DNA of 64,000 bases from a virus (IMGVR_UViG_3300009709_000022:32525-96524); one strand, 5' to 3'; shown: positions 20,169-29,748, counted from the first letter of the stretch. Numbers and translations are program-made. The notes: a model not told the origin generated them from the letters alone.

Positions 20169-20224
20169 GACGGGTTCTCCTGTGTGACATCTCTACAGTG
20201 ATGCATAGCGGCGCATCGCGTCAA
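20169..20224 (-). promoter_or_regulatory. Leftward promoter/RBS cassette (second copy)
   Basis: TTGACG...GCGCCGCTATGCATCACTGT...AGGAGAACCCGTC. Confidence 0.55.
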
Positions 20225-20303
20225 GGAATCTTTAGTAACCACCTGCGGTTACTGCGCACGGTTATCCCGCGTGTACACTCGGAGTGTAGTTAGGGGCGAC
20301 AGA

Positions 20304-20678
20304 ATGGCGAAGACGAACATCATGGGCTGGCGGTGTGAGTTCGACTCGTGCGGCCATGTGTGGATGGCATCCAGCGAGCAGGCTCCCGCGCGGTGCCCGA
20401 AGTGCAAGCGGGCGAATTGGCACGAGCGGACGACACGGAAGACCCGCAAGGCGATACCGCTGGAAAGCTGGGGGCAGCAGCTACAGCCCGGCGATGCTCT
20501 ACTCATCCCCAAGCCCTCAGCCGTGGGTAAGACGGAACCCATTGACCTCAAAGCCGTCCGCGTCCTGCGCGATGCTGCCGCCACCGGCAAGCTCATGCCA
20601 GCGTCCCAACTCCCAGCACGACCAGCCCACGCCCCCGGTTGCCGCTGCATGATGTGTTCCAGCCCCCGACCGTCCTGA
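20304..20678 (+). CDS. Zinc-ribbon protein, possible regulator
   Basis: C-x4-CGHVW...PARCPKCKRANW; ATG 20304. Confidence 0.65.
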   Translation: MAKTNIMGWRCEFDSCGHVWMASSEQAPARCPKCKRANWHERTTRKTRKAIPLESWGQQLQPGDALLIPKPSAVGKTEPIDLKAVRVLRDAAATGKLMPASQLPARPAHAPGCRCMMCSSPRPS

Positions 20679-20904
20679 CCGCTGCCGCTCCTCCCCCTCC
20701 CACCCGCTCCAAGTTCTGCCCCGACCTCCCCCCACCCGGGCCATGCCACCCCATGCCGCCCACCAGCCGGCGCACACCCTCCAGGCACACCAGCCCCACC
20801 ACCCCCGGCAAGCCCGCCGACAAGGGGTATACCCCCCCTGCACCCCGCGTCGCGTCGCGACTGACCCCAGCCCCACGTTTTTCAAGTGACGGGATTCTAG
20901 CCAG

Positions 20905-20947
20905 TACACAAATTTGTGTAGACTTGATACACAAGAGTGTGTATTCT
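20905..20947 (+). promoter_or_regulatory. Rightward promoter with tandem TACACA-N4-TGTGTA operators
   Basis: Palindromes at 20905-20920 and 20928-20943; TG-extended -10 TATTCT at 20942-20947. Confidence 0.65.
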
Positions 20948-20963
20948 GTGTTTGGGGGTGGGT

Positions 20964-21134
20964 ATGGATCTGCTGATTGGCATTGGGTGTTTTTTGGTGG
21001 TTGCGGCTTTGGTGTTCGTGAAGTGGTCAAAGGTGGGGCTGTGCTCACGTTGTGGTGTGAATCCTCAGTCTGTGGGGTGCGATATTTGCGACGAGTGCAT
21101 GTCGTACACGGGGATGTGGAGGGGTTTGCGATGA
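20964..21134 (+). CDS. Small membrane protein with Cys cluster
   Basis: N-terminal TM; CSRC...CDICDEC. Confidence 0.5.
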   Translation: MDLLIGIGCFLVVAALVFVKWSKVGLCSRCGVNPQSVGCDICDECMSYTGMWRGLR

Positions 21135-21319
21135 CGTTGAGTGCGATTGATTTGCTGGATATGGCCTGTGGTGTGGCTATTGTTTCGGCGTTCTGTTCGG
21201 GGTTTGCGTATCAGCGCGGGCACCGTGAGGGGATGCGGAACGGGATAGCTGTGGGTCGGATGGCGCATGCTGTGGACGACGCGGTGAAGCTGGACGAAGT
21301 GTTTGGGAAGCGAGGGTAG
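21131..21319 (+). CDS. Small membrane protein
   Basis: MTLSAIDLLD...; ATGA overlap; GGAGG RBS. Confidence 0.55.
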   Translation: MTLSAIDLLDMACGVAIVSAFCSGFAYQRGHREGMRNGIAVGRMAHAVDDAVKLDEVFGKRG

Positions 21320-21611
21320 GGGGTATGGAGCCTCAAAAAAATGCGGCGGACGCTTCGCGTCATGTAGAGGCTTACGGGGAGACCCCGGCGTGTCCCCAGG
21401 ATGCTCCGCCGCGCAGGGTTCGGAAATACGGGCGAATCCTGCGTTGGCTCCAGCGGCATCACTGGGTCCACTCGTGGTCGCGGTGGGAAGATGTCGAAGG
21501 AAAGACCTTCCAATCACACCCCGTCACTGGCAAGATCATCACCATGCCCCAGAATTTTCAAACCCGCGTGTGCTTGTACTGCCTGCTGCGGCAAACAAGG
21601 AAGGTCTCGTC

Positions 21612-21830
21612 ATGGCGATAAGGTTTCCGGCGAACTGCATCATCGTCGCCGCGATTGCTTGCCTCAAGCCTGGCAATCGAATGCACTGGGCACGCAATCA
21701 AAGCGGGCGCTGGCATTGCTACTGGACACGCCGCGATGGGCGAAGTTTTCGATTCTACAAGCCGCGCTCGGGCAACAGGACGTACCTGCAGAACACGATG
21801 TACATTGGCGAAATCAAAGAGGTCAAGTAG
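21612..21830 (+). CDS. Hypothetical protein
   Basis: MAIRFPANC...; within ORF 21303..21830. Confidence 0.5.
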   Translation: MAIRFPANCIIVAAIACLKPGNRMHWARNQSGRWHCYWTRRDGRSFRFYKPRSGNRTYLQNTMYIGEIKEVK

Positions 21831-21832
21831 GC

Positions 21833-22084
21833 ATGGCGATAAGAGTCAGCATCAACGACAGCGCAGCTCTCAAGCTCAACGACAAGGGCAAAGAGTTACT
21901 CGAACAACACCTCAAGCTGTTCTTGCGCGTCGAGAAGCCCGAAGAGTACATACACCGCAACACACGATGGGATGGCCGAGTGGTGCTGCCACTCTTCGAG
22001 GTCATGAACATCTTCGGACCAGGCCTCGTCCATGGCATGGATTGCCCGTTTGACATCGACATCGAATTGATCCCCAACAACTAA
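21833..22084 (+). CDS. Hypothetical protein
   Basis: MAIRVSINDSAALKLNDKGKE...LFEVMNIFG. Confidence 0.65.
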   Translation: MAIRVSINDSAALKLNDKGKELLEQHLKLFLRVEKPEEYIHRNTRWDGRVVLPLFEVMNIFGPGLVHGMDCPFDIDIELIPNN

Positions 22085-22097
22085 GCGAGGCGCGTCC

Positions 22098-22451
22098 ATG
22101 ATGCAACGCCACATGAATCACTGCACCGAGAAGATGCTTCCCGACTTCGACATTCAGACCGTTCCGGCTTTGGGAACACCATGGTTCACTGGATGGAGAC
22201 ACGTTCAGCCCAACGATCCCAGCAGCGGTGTCGTTGGCCAGATTGTGTACATCCTTCCGAACGATGAGCGCCGGCGATTCATCTACGTGAACCTGCCCGG
22301 CCTTGAGACAGGCACCGCCTTCGAAGGCGAAGTCATGGACATCGGAACCAAACGCATGCGCGAAGATAGCGACATCGAAGAGATGCGGAATATCATGCGC
22401 GCCGGGCTGGATAAACTGCACGAAGAGATTGAGGAGTTCTCGAAGTCATAG
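22098..22451 (+). CDS. Hypothetical protein
   Basis: ORF track; GAGG RBS. Confidence 0.65.
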   Translation: MMQRHMNHCTEKMLPDFDIQTVPALGTPWFTGWRHVQPNDPSSGVVGQIVYILPNDERRRFIYVNLPGLETGTAFEGEVMDIGTKRMREDSDIEEMRNIMRAGLDKLHEEIEEFSKS

Positions 22452-23216
22452 ATGGCGAACTGGACACACCTCTTTGCGAAACACCGCTGCGATCGAAAGA
22501 AGGCGTACCCCAGCCAAGGGTTCGCCCGCAAGGTCGCGTGGAACGCATCGCTCAGAGCCAAGAAGCCAATCGTCGATTACAAATGCCCTGATTGTTCCGC
22601 CTGGCATGTTGGGCGAGCTTCCGCGGAAATGGCAAAGGAGTTGCAGCCAGAGCTGGACGAAGCCATCCTCAAACTGCGAAAGGTTCAGGAGGATCGAGCA
22701 GCACGAATCGCTCGCACCGTCATCACCGATCTGGTGGTGCCAGACAAGCCGAGAACAACACCAGCAATTGAGAAGACCGGTCACCGCGTCGAGCCCATGC
22801 TGGCAGAACGGCCACACCACGTTGCAGTGGTGCATGTCGATCGCAACGTTCCCATCAAGATGGCAAAGCCGAAGCAGTCAAAGAAAGACTCATGCCCTGG
22901 ACCCGCACGAACCGAATCGCCATACAAGGTGTATCCAGGGATGGTGCATGGCTATATGACGGCAATCGACCCGGCAGGACCAGGTCACTGGTTTTGTGTG
23001 TGCGTGTGCGGTACGCAGGAAACACGGCGCAACAAAACAATGCAAAAAGAAAATACGCTTGATTGCTGCCGGGAATGCAACAAGGTGGCAGGATGGCTAC
23101 GCAACGGATCCGGTGACAAAGCAGACACAGAGTTGTTCGTCGACGACGCCGTGAGATTTACGCTTGAGGCCATACACGAAAGGAATTCAGTACGTGAACA
23201 AAACACCAACTCCTAA
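22452..23216 (+). CDS. Zinc-binding hypothetical protein
   Basis: YKCPDCSAWHVG; WFCVCVCG...CCREC. Confidence 0.65.
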   Translation: MANWTHLFAKHRCDRKKAYPSQGFARKVAWNASLRAKKPIVDYKCPDCSAWHVGRASAEMAKELQPELDEAILKLRKVQEDRAARIARTVITDLVVPDKPRTTPAIEKTGHRVEPMLAERPHHVAVVHVDRNVPIKMAKPKQSKKDSCPGPARTESPYKVYPGMVHGYMTAIDPAGPGHWFCVCVCGTQETRRNKTMQKENTLDCCRECNKVAGWLRNGSGDKADTELFVDDAVRFTLEAIHERNSVREQNTNS

Positions 23217-23487
23217 GTTCGAGATCGTCGACATCGACACCGTCGTCAACAAGGCAGTGCGTAGAGGCTACGCCGCCGAGCTGTACAACTATCTGGTCAC
23301 ACTGCACAAAGAGCGGCCCGACAAGAAGATGGTGATTCAGTTCACGTCATGGTCTTCCGCGCGCCAGTGCCGCATTCGCATGGCGAAGTACGCACAGGAA
23401 GATGGCTACACGCTTATGTACGAACCCGTGAAGAACGGTGGTGGTAACACTGCAATGTGGGTTGTAAAGAGCGAGGAAGAGCAATGA
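23194..23487 (+). CDS. Hypothetical protein
   Basis: GTG start after AAAGGAA. Confidence 0.55.
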   Translation: MNKTPTPKFEIVDIDTVVNKAVRRGYAAELYNYLVTLHKERPDKKMVIQFTSWSSARQCRIRMAKYAQEDGYTLMYEPVKNGGGNTAMWVVKSEEEQ

Positions 23488-23894
23488 ACAAGGAAATTGC
23501 AGCCAAAATAAAACGCTTGAAACAGGACAACAAAGGCTACCCTGCACACCTTGTCGACGTTCCGAAAGAGTTCTGGCCACTCACCTGGAAGGCGGACCCC
23601 CGTCTCGAATACGTGCGCGTGCTGCGCTCTTCAAAATTCCTCGTGCAGATCATCGTCGAGCATCCATCCGAGAACGTCCGCATGTCCGTGTCAAGAACAA
23701 TGATTGACCATCAGGGCAACTGGAAGGCCGACATCTCGTGGGAAGAGCTGCAGCAGGTGAAGTATGAGGCTGGCTGGGGCGAGTTCATCTGTGTCGAGAT
23801 TTACCCGGCAAACGCGAACGTGGTCAATGTCGCCAACATGCGGCACCTGTGGTTGCTGCCGGAAGGCACGCAGATGGGCTGGGTGAAGGCGTGA
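23484..23894 (+). CDS. Conserved phage protein (DUF7694-like)
   Basis: ISWEELQQVK...VEIYP...VVNVANMRHLW. Confidence 0.7.
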   Translation: MNKEIAAKIKRLKQDNKGYPAHLVDVPKEFWPLTWKADPRLEYVRVLRSSKFLVQIIVEHPSENVRMSVSRTMIDHQGNWKADISWEELQQVKYEAGWGEFICVEIYPANANVVNVANMRHLWLLPEGTQMGWVKA

Positions 23895-24418
23895 GCGACA
23901 CGCCAAAATTCGAGCTGATTCGCACCGGGGACAAGCCGAAGTCGAAGCCGAAGCAGCGCACCAAAATCGTTGGCAGTCCTGCGGCTCCGCCGAAACAGGA
24001 TAAGCGGCCCTGGCTGCTTGGAACAGATGAGATTCCACCACCGATCGATGTTCCATACCAGATGTGGAGCAAGTCATCGAACCCGTACGAGCAAGGCATG
24101 TTGCAGTTTGAATTCGTTCCACAAGGGGTGAAGGTTGGGTGGTGGTTCGAGCCCAAGCAAACAATCGAATGGCACGAGCTTGCGTTGTTCATCGGGTGCC
24201 TGCCGCGAGACTTTCAGGATGATATGCAATGCATCCGTGAGCAGACCTACACTGATGCGTTAAGGGAAGGATTCGCGTACGGTACGGCCAAAGCCATGGA
24301 CTTCTGGAAAGAGAAAGCATTGCAGTGGCCGCAGTCGGAAGAGGCAGTGAAGCTGATTCAAGAGGCGATTCGCGTGCTGGAGTTTTACTGCAAGGTTGAA
24401 GAAGCGAGGACGAAGTGA
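23891..24418 (+). CDS. Hypothetical protein
   Basis: GTGA overlap with upstream gene. Confidence 0.6.
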   Translation: MSDTPKFELIRTGDKPKSKPKQRTKIVGSPAAPPKQDKRPWLLGTDEIPPPIDVPYQMWSKSSNPYEQGMLQFEFVPQGVKVGWWFEPKQTIEWHELALFIGCLPRDFQDDMQCIREQTYTDALREGFAYGTAKAMDFWKEKALQWPQSEEAVKLIQEAIRVLEFYCKVEEARTK

Positions 24419-25209
24419 AAGAACGACCAATCATGATGCAGCCAGAGAACGTGCTGGCGATTCTCGAAGGCCGTAAGACGCAGACGCGGCGAGTGGTGAA
24501 GCACAAAGGGATACAGCCGCCCGATTGGGCTACGCACTGCAATGCAGTGAAGATGCTCAACGCAAAGCAGGAATGGGTTCCTGCCAACCTCTTCAAGTGG
24601 TCTGAAGAGCAACCATCCCTTGATCCTCACGGTAAACTGCGCCGCTGGCCAATCGGACTCACAGATGACGACGTATCAGGTGACAATTATGCGATCCCAT
24701 GCCCGTACGGCAAGCCGGGGGATCGTCTGTGGGTGCGCGAGACGTTCTACGCCTATGGCTACTGGACAAAGCATTTCAGCGGCGAGTTGGGGCGTGACGT
24801 CAGACATTTCAACGACAAGACTCCCTTTGGTGATTACCGCTTTGAGCGTACGAAAGAGATGGAAGGGCCACACGACGGCAACTGCGTATGGTGGAGGCGT
24901 CCAGCAATCTTTATGCCCCGCGCAGCCTCACGTATCACGCTTGAGATCACCGATGTGCGCGTGGAGCGGCTGCAGGACATCAGCCACACAGACTGCATGG
25001 AAGAAGGTATTGCGGAGTGCCCAATACCAGCCGATGACGAAGGCCCCAACCGGATCGGATACATGATCGGTCCAGACGATGGGAAGAGCGGACTGGATGT
25101 GGAGCCGCAGGAAAGCTATTGCAAGCTTTGGGACTCCATCAATGGCGAAGGCGCATGGGACAAGAACCCATGGGTCTGGGCTCTTACGTTCAAGAGGGTT
25201 GAAGCGTGA
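24415..25209 (+). CDS. ASCH/PUA-like phage protein
   Basis: AILEGRKTQTRR...CPYGKPGDRLWVRET...FMPRAASRITLEITDVRVERLQDIS...NPWVW. Confidence 0.85.
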   Translation: MKERPIMMQPENVLAILEGRKTQTRRVVKHKGIQPPDWATHCNAVKMLNAKQEWVPANLFKWSEEQPSLDPHGKLRRWPIGLTDDDVSGDNYAIPCPYGKPGDRLWVRETFYAYGYWTKHFSGELGRDVRHFNDKTPFGDYRFERTKEMEGPHDGNCVWWRRPAIFMPRAASRITLEITDVRVERLQDISHTDCMEEGIAECPIPADDEGPNRIGYMIGPDDGKSGLDVEPQESYCKLWDSINGEGAWDKNPWVWALTFKRVEA

Positions 25210-25451
25210 CCGGACCTCAAGCCATTCCGCCATACGACGTGGCCTGCCCAGAATGCGCGCAGCAACCGGGCGAATGGTGCGCTAACTGGGTTGACCTCCG
25301 CGGCATGGTGGAAGACACCGAGTACGTACACGGCGGCCGCATCATTGCGAGTGCTGAATTTCGTGGAGATACATTGCCGATCGCACCAGAGCCGATGGTG
25401 CATCGCGTGATTGCAAAGACTGTGCTGGACAAGTTGTTTGGAGGCGTGTAA
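25206..25451 (+). CDS. Small zinc-finger protein
   Basis: VACPECAQQPGEWC...VHGGR. Confidence 0.6.
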   Translation: MTGPQAIPPYDVACPECAQQPGEWCANWVDLRGMVEDTEYVHGGRIIASAEFRGDTLPIAPEPMVHRVIAKTVLDKLFGGV

Positions 25452-25822
25452 TGGGACCAATTCATATTTGCCGTTTTGATAGCACCGGCGACATCTCTAA
25501 TCGGAAGCTGACTTACAGCCTCGTGAAGTCCATTGTGCTTGAAGCGGGCCGATACTCCATTTTCGAGGCCACAGATACACCGAAGCGGGCGAAGCTCTTC
25601 ACAATGCTTGGTGAAGACGAGGAGATAGTGGAAGACCGCACGCGGGACTATCCATGGATCTATGTCCGAGCTGCGACTGCGGAGGAAATCGAAAAGCGGC
25701 GATCTGAACGTAAGCGCATTGCTGAATTGGAAGCAGACATGGTCCTCATCGGCAAGAACACATACGCTCCGCGCAAGATGGTTGAAGACTTCAAAATCAA
25801 AATGAGGACGAGCAATGGCTGA
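25451..25822 (+). CDS. Hypothetical protein
   Basis: ORF track; coupled. Confidence 0.6.
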   Translation: MGPIHICRFDSTGDISNRKLTYSLVKSIVLEAGRYSIFEATDTPKRAKLFTMLGEDEEIVEDRTRDYPWIYVRAATAEEIEKRRSERKRIAELEADMVLIGKNTYAPRKMVEDFKIKMRTSNG

Positions 25823-26864
25823 CAAAACTGGTATCGAGTGGACTGACTCAACCTGGAATCCTATTCGTGGCTGCACTCGCGTAAGCGAGGGTTGCCGTAA
25901 CTGCTACGCGGAGGGCGTGGCAAGGCGATTCAGTGGCAAAGGGATGGCTTACGAGGGTCTGATCAACGTCACTACCGGCGCATGGAACGGCAACATCAAG
26001 TTCGTCGAGTCGCACCTGCTGGATCCACTGAAGTGGAAGAAGCCGCGCCGAATCTTCGTGAACAGCATGAGCGATCTGTTCCACGAGAACGTCACGGACG
26101 AGATGCGCGACCGCATCTTCGCGGTGATGGCGCTCTGCCCGCAGCACACGTTCCAGGCGCTTACCAAGCGCGCGCAACGCATGCTTGCCTACCTCAAAGC
26201 ACCAGGCGTATGGGACCGCATCAAGGATGTGTGCAGTGACATTCTGGCCGAGCGAGCAGACAAAGACATCCGCGCCCTGAGCTGGGACTTGCCGGCGTGG
26301 CCGCTGCCCAACGTCTGGCTAGGCGTCAGCGTGGAGAACCAGAAGGCCGCGGACGAGCGCATTCCGTTTCTGCTACAGACGCCTGCGGCGGTGCGTTTCT
26401 TGTCATGTGAGCCGCTGCTAGGCCAGGTAAGTATTCGGTGGTTCGGTGGTCAAGCTCCGCATCCACGCCGCATAAAACAAATGCCGGACGTTGAGCGTAA
26501 TGGAAAGTTACTTGCTGGCTCCTGCGACGAGTACGACGGATTGCGAATGCTTGACTGGGTTATTGCCGGTGGCGAGAGCGGACCAGGTGCTCGCCCGATG
26601 CATCCGGATTGGGCGAGAAAACTACGCGATGAATGCAAGATTTCTGGCGTGCCGTTCTTCTTTAAGCAGTGGGGCGCGTGGGCACCGGGAAGCAAGGGTG
26701 GCAGCGACTGCATGTTCGGATCGGAAGGCCACATCCTAAAGTTCCCATTCAATGGTTCGCAGGTGATCAATGACACATACGAGCGCATGTCGCGTGTCGG
26801 CAAGAAATCCGCAGGCCATCTACTTGACGGCGTAGAACACCACGTCTTCCCGGAGGCACGCTGA
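25815..26864 (+). CDS. Phage Gp37/Gp68 family (DUF5131) protein
   Basis: TGIEWTDSTWNPIRGCTRVSEGCRNCYA, FVNSMSDLFH, RFLSCEPLLG, WVIAGGESG, FFFKQWG. Confidence 0.92.
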   Translation: MADKTGIEWTDSTWNPIRGCTRVSEGCRNCYAEGVARRFSGKGMAYEGLINVTTGAWNGNIKFVESHLLDPLKWKKPRRIFVNSMSDLFHENVTDEMRDRIFAVMALCPQHTFQALTKRAQRMLAYLKAPGVWDRIKDVCSDILAERADKDIRALSWDLPAWPLPNVWLGVSVENQKAADERIPFLLQTPAAVRFLSCEPLLGQVSIRWFGGQAPHPRRIKQMPDVERNGKLLAGSCDEYDGLRMLDWVIAGGESGPGARPMHPDWARKLRDECKISGVPFFFKQWGAWAPGSKGGSDCMFGSEGHILKFPFNGSQVINDTYERMSRVGKKSAGHLLDGVEHHVFPEAR

Positions 26865-27181
26865 TGCTGCTTACTTTCAAACAACGACTATTGCTGCTGA
26901 GATGGATATTTATTGTCCAGTGTTCGTTCACTTGGATGTGCGGCTATCTCATTATCCGAACACCATGGTTCGCCATAAATTTTGGGTGGTTTGATTATGA
27001 CTGCACAAAACTCTGCCGGTGGACTGGTGTACGTGTTTACTACGGTCTTGAGGACTTTGAAAATATCTGGTACGGAAACTATCCCATCTTCCGCAAAGTG
27101 GACGAATTTTGCGTGATGGAATATCACACAGGAACGTATATGGGGTGGGAAGGATTCGAAACCCTCAAGGGGACAAAATAA
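26864..27181 (+). CDS. Hypothetical membrane-associated protein
   Basis: ORF track; hydrophobic N-terminus; locally AT-richer. Confidence 0.5.
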   Translation: MLLTFKQRLLLLRWIFIVQCSFTWMCGYLIIRTPWFAINFGWFDYDCTKLCRWTGVRVYYGLEDFENIWYGNYPIFRKVDEFCVMEYHTGTYMGWEGFETLKGTK

Positions 27182-28060
27182 ATGCTGGACCGCAACAAGA
27201 CGCAGCTCACACACGATGTCACCAACGCCACATCAGCATGGATGGATGAGAAGGGATTCAAGCCGGTAGAGACTGAGGTTACCGTCGCACCGGGTTGGTG
27301 CGCGGATCTCGCAGGCGTACTTGAGCCCACGGAAACCGAACTGATTGGGCTCAAATTCCTCAAGCGTCAGCCATCCTGGGATGACAAGAGACGTGGTGCT
27401 GGATGGACAAAGGAGCGGTATCTCGAACAGCAATCTATCAAGCGAAGGCTGTCCAGAATCATGACCTGCTTAGTGGAAGTGAAAACCAGTCGGTCGGACT
27501 TTTGCGGTGATCGTAAGTGGACGTTGGCCGTGCCCACGGACCTCGCGTACGTGGTGTTTCCAAAAGGGATGGTTCGTCAGGATGAATGGCCCGCAGGGTG
27601 GGGCATCCTGGAGTACAGCACGGTTGGCATACGATGCGTTCGGACGCCGACGCCGCAGTTTATGCCAGCCGACCAGCAACGCGACGTCATTATGAGTATT
27701 GCAGTGCGCCGGGACCATCACACGCGCTACGCACGCTGGAGAGAAATACAGAAGCTGCGGCGCGCGGAAGAAGCCGCAGCGCGTCCCATTGAGCGCGTAA
27801 GCGACGTGGTGCGGGCATTGTTCGATGTCATCCGTGGATACCGCCCAACACTCGAAGAAACGTTGCGCTACCACCGCCTCGCAGACAATCTCCCGCGGCA
27901 CGTAATGGAACGCCTGCGGGAACTGTATGCATTGAAGCCTGATCTTGGCGAGGATCCAGATGCAATCGCGTTGCGAAAGAAACGCCGCCAAGAGATGGAA
28001 GCCAGGGTGTTGAGCAGGTTCGATGAAGGCAAACTTGAATCGGTACACAAAACTGTGTAG
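27182..28060 (+). CDS. PD-(D/E)xK nuclease, MmcB-like
   Basis: ADLAGV...LVEVKTSRSDF..DRKW...P.GWGIL. Confidence 0.7.
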   Translation: MLDRNKTQLTHDVTNATSAWMDEKGFKPVETEVTVAPGWCADLAGVLEPTETELIGLKFLKRQPSWDDKRRGAGWTKERYLEQQSIKRRLSRIMTCLVEVKTSRSDFCGDRKWTLAVPTDLAYVVFPKGMVRQDEWPAGWGILEYSTVGIRCVRTPTPQFMPADQQRDVIMSIAVRRDHHTRYARWREIQKLRRAEEAAARPIERVSDVVRALFDVIRGYRPTLEETLRYHRLADNLPRHVMERLRELYALKPDLGEDPDAIALRKKRRQEMEARVLSRFDEGKLESVHKTV

Positions 28061-28071
28061 AGTGCAAGCAT
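28035..28071 (+). promoter_or_regulatory. Promoter with operator, leaderless start
   Basis: TTGAAT-17-TAGAGT-6nt-ATG(28070); TACACA-AAAC-TGTGTA at 28044-28059. Confidence 0.7.
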
Positions 28072-28279
28072 GACAGCGATGGAACTGTTGATGGAAGTCG
28101 CGGACGATTTTCGTGAACACGGAGAGGGGAGAGACATCCTCATCGTTTACACGAATGAAGCGGGAGACGTGTGCGTGAAAGCAAACGGAAGTAAGACGCA
28201 GACATTGGGTTTGACGCGATACGCGGAAGAGGTCGCGATACAGGAATTGATGGCTGCGCGTCCCGGTGATCGCACATGA
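28070..28279 (+). CDS. Hypothetical protein
   Basis: ORF track; directly at predicted TSS. Confidence 0.65.
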   Translation: MTAMELLMEVADDFREHGEGRDILIVYTNEAGDVCVKANGSKTQTLGLTRYAEEVAIQELMAARPGDRT

Positions 28280-28506
28280 GCCTGTGCCCTCAATGCGGTT
28301 ATGACCTCACACGGAAGACAAAGCTGAAGCGTATCTGTGCGCATTGCAAGCAGCCAGTTGGAAACCACGACAAGTGGGCTTTTAACGATGATGGCCGCAT
28401 TCAGCACAGAACCTGCACAAACCCCACGTTTTATTCGGACGAGCAGGCGGCTGCAGCTCGAGCACCGAAACCAACTCCGCTGTTCGATCAAATCGAAGCG
28501 GCATGA
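28276..28506 (+). CDS. Small zinc-finger protein
   Basis: CPQCG...CAHC...HRTC. Confidence 0.6.
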   Translation: MSLCPQCGYDLTRKTKLKRICAHCKQPVGNHDKWAFNDDGRIQHRTCTNPTFYSDEQAAAARAPKPTPLFDQIEAA

Positions 28507-28766
28507 GAGCGAGGAAGCAATTGGCAAAAAAGAACGCAGAGGAGTACGTCCCCGCCTCCAGGATCATCGAAATGATGAAGCAGCAGCAAGGCGGCAAGGA
28601 CCAAAAAGAATTCGCCACGGAGATTGGTATTTCCGAGCAGATGTTGAGCTCAATCTATTCCGGGACTCGGCGGCCAGGCCAACCTGTGCTCGAATTTCTC
28701 GGCAAGAAAGTGAAGTGCAAAATTGAAAAAGCGGAAGGAATCTTCCGCATGGAGGCAAGGGCATGA
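28503..28766 (+). CDS. XRE/Cro-like HTH regulator
   Basis: DQKEFATEIGISEQMLSSIYSGTRRPG. Confidence 0.85.
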   Translation: MRARKQLAKKNAEEYVPASRIIEMMKQQQGGKDQKEFATEIGISEQMLSSIYSGTRRPGQPVLEFLGKKVKCKIEKAEGIFRMEARA

Positions 28767-29170
28767 TGAAACTGAGCGACGCTGCAGTTCTCGGATCCTG
28801 CACGACCGAGATGGCCGGCCACGATTGGGATAACTGCTTCCTCGGAGCTGCAGCCAATGCTATCGGCCTGCCACGTATATCCACCACGATCATCGATGGA
28901 ATCCACACGGTTGACGTCCAGGCCCGTATTGATGCCATCCTCGAATACTGGCCGTGGTTGAATGAGCACGAAGGCCGCAGACTCACGGACATCACTTCGA
29001 TGTACGATAGCGGGCGCTACACGTTTGAAGAAATGGTCGAGTATGTCCGCTCTGTCGAGCCGCCGTGCGCATGTGCTGTGCGCGATTGCTGCTGCGATCG
29101 TTCTGCATATCTATTCGGACAGTTTCCCGAAAGCGACGTGGAGCAGGCCAACGCAATGAGCCGTAGGTAG
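28763..29170 (+). CDS. Hypothetical protein
   Basis: ORF track; GGAGG RBS. Confidence 0.65.
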   Translation: MMKLSDAAVLGSCTTEMAGHDWDNCFLGAAANAIGLPRISTTIIDGIHTVDVQARIDAILEYWPWLNEHEGRRLTDITSMYDSGRYTFEEMVEYVRSVEPPCACAVRDCCCDRSAYLFGQFPESDVEQANAMSRR

Positions 29171-29692
29171 GTTCCTCCAGAGTCGAGGGGTTCCATCCTT
29201 TCGTGCCATTATGATCAGGATGCCTTCGGCTTCGTCAGCCTCTGCCATGCAATTGGCAAGCATTTCTTCCGTGGATCCCCGCTGCGGAAAAATCTGCTTA
29301 ATACTGGGAGCCACATTGTTCTCTGTGGGTTGTGGGCATTTGGCATCAGGTTCTTCTTGTTCCACCAGCTCCATATCGACCCGATTCTTGCTACCCAGGG
29401 AATCCTCCAGCCAGTTCGGATCATGCATTTGGTGCTGCATACGCACGCAAATCCCTTCCTCCGGGACATGATCATTCGCGAACACAGGCAAACCACAAAG
29501 CACGATGGTTTCCTTACGTCGCCCACGCAAGCGTCTCTTTAGTTTCTCCCATGGGGAAGCTGTGTTGGCAAGGGAGTCAGCCGTCTGGAGAATGTGGTGG
29601 TAGTTTCCTGGGTTGATATGCAGCTCTGCGGGAACCATTCCAGTTCTCCGGATCTCACCCAGTGCCTGCGCGATTGCGGTCAGCGGAATCAT
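29111..29692 (-). CDS. Hypothetical protein (antisense, apparently leaderless)
   Basis: TATGAT-6nt-ATG on minus strand; MIPLTAIAQAL... Confidence 0.6.
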   Translation of the reverse strand: MIPLTAIAQALGEIRRTGMVPAELHINPGNYHHILQTADSLANTASPWEKLKRRLRGRRKETIVLCGLPVFANDHVPEEGICVRMQHQMHDPNWLEDSLGSKNRVDMELVEQEEPDAKCPQPTENNVAPSIKQIFPQRGSTEEMLANCMAEADEAEGILIIMARKDGTPRLWRNLPTAHCVGLLHVAFGKLSE

Positions 29693-29715
29693 GCAAGCAT
29701 CATAACGCCAAGAGA

Positions 29716-29748
29716 ACAAAAAAGGGCCCCACTTTTTAAGGCGGGGCT
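29716..29748 (-). terminator. Possible intrinsic terminator
   Basis: Minus strand GCCCCGC-loop-GTGGGGC CC TTTTTT. Confidence 0.5.

Noticed and set aside
19076-20170. 364-aa + strand ORF
   Set aside because: Pro/Arg/His-rich shadow of the minus-strand gene 18647..19840, explained by local C skew; no RBS.
20639-21130. N-terminal part of the 226-aa ORF 20639..21319
   Set aside because: Pro-rich read-through of a C-run region and promoter; only 21131..21319 has an RBS and coupled start.
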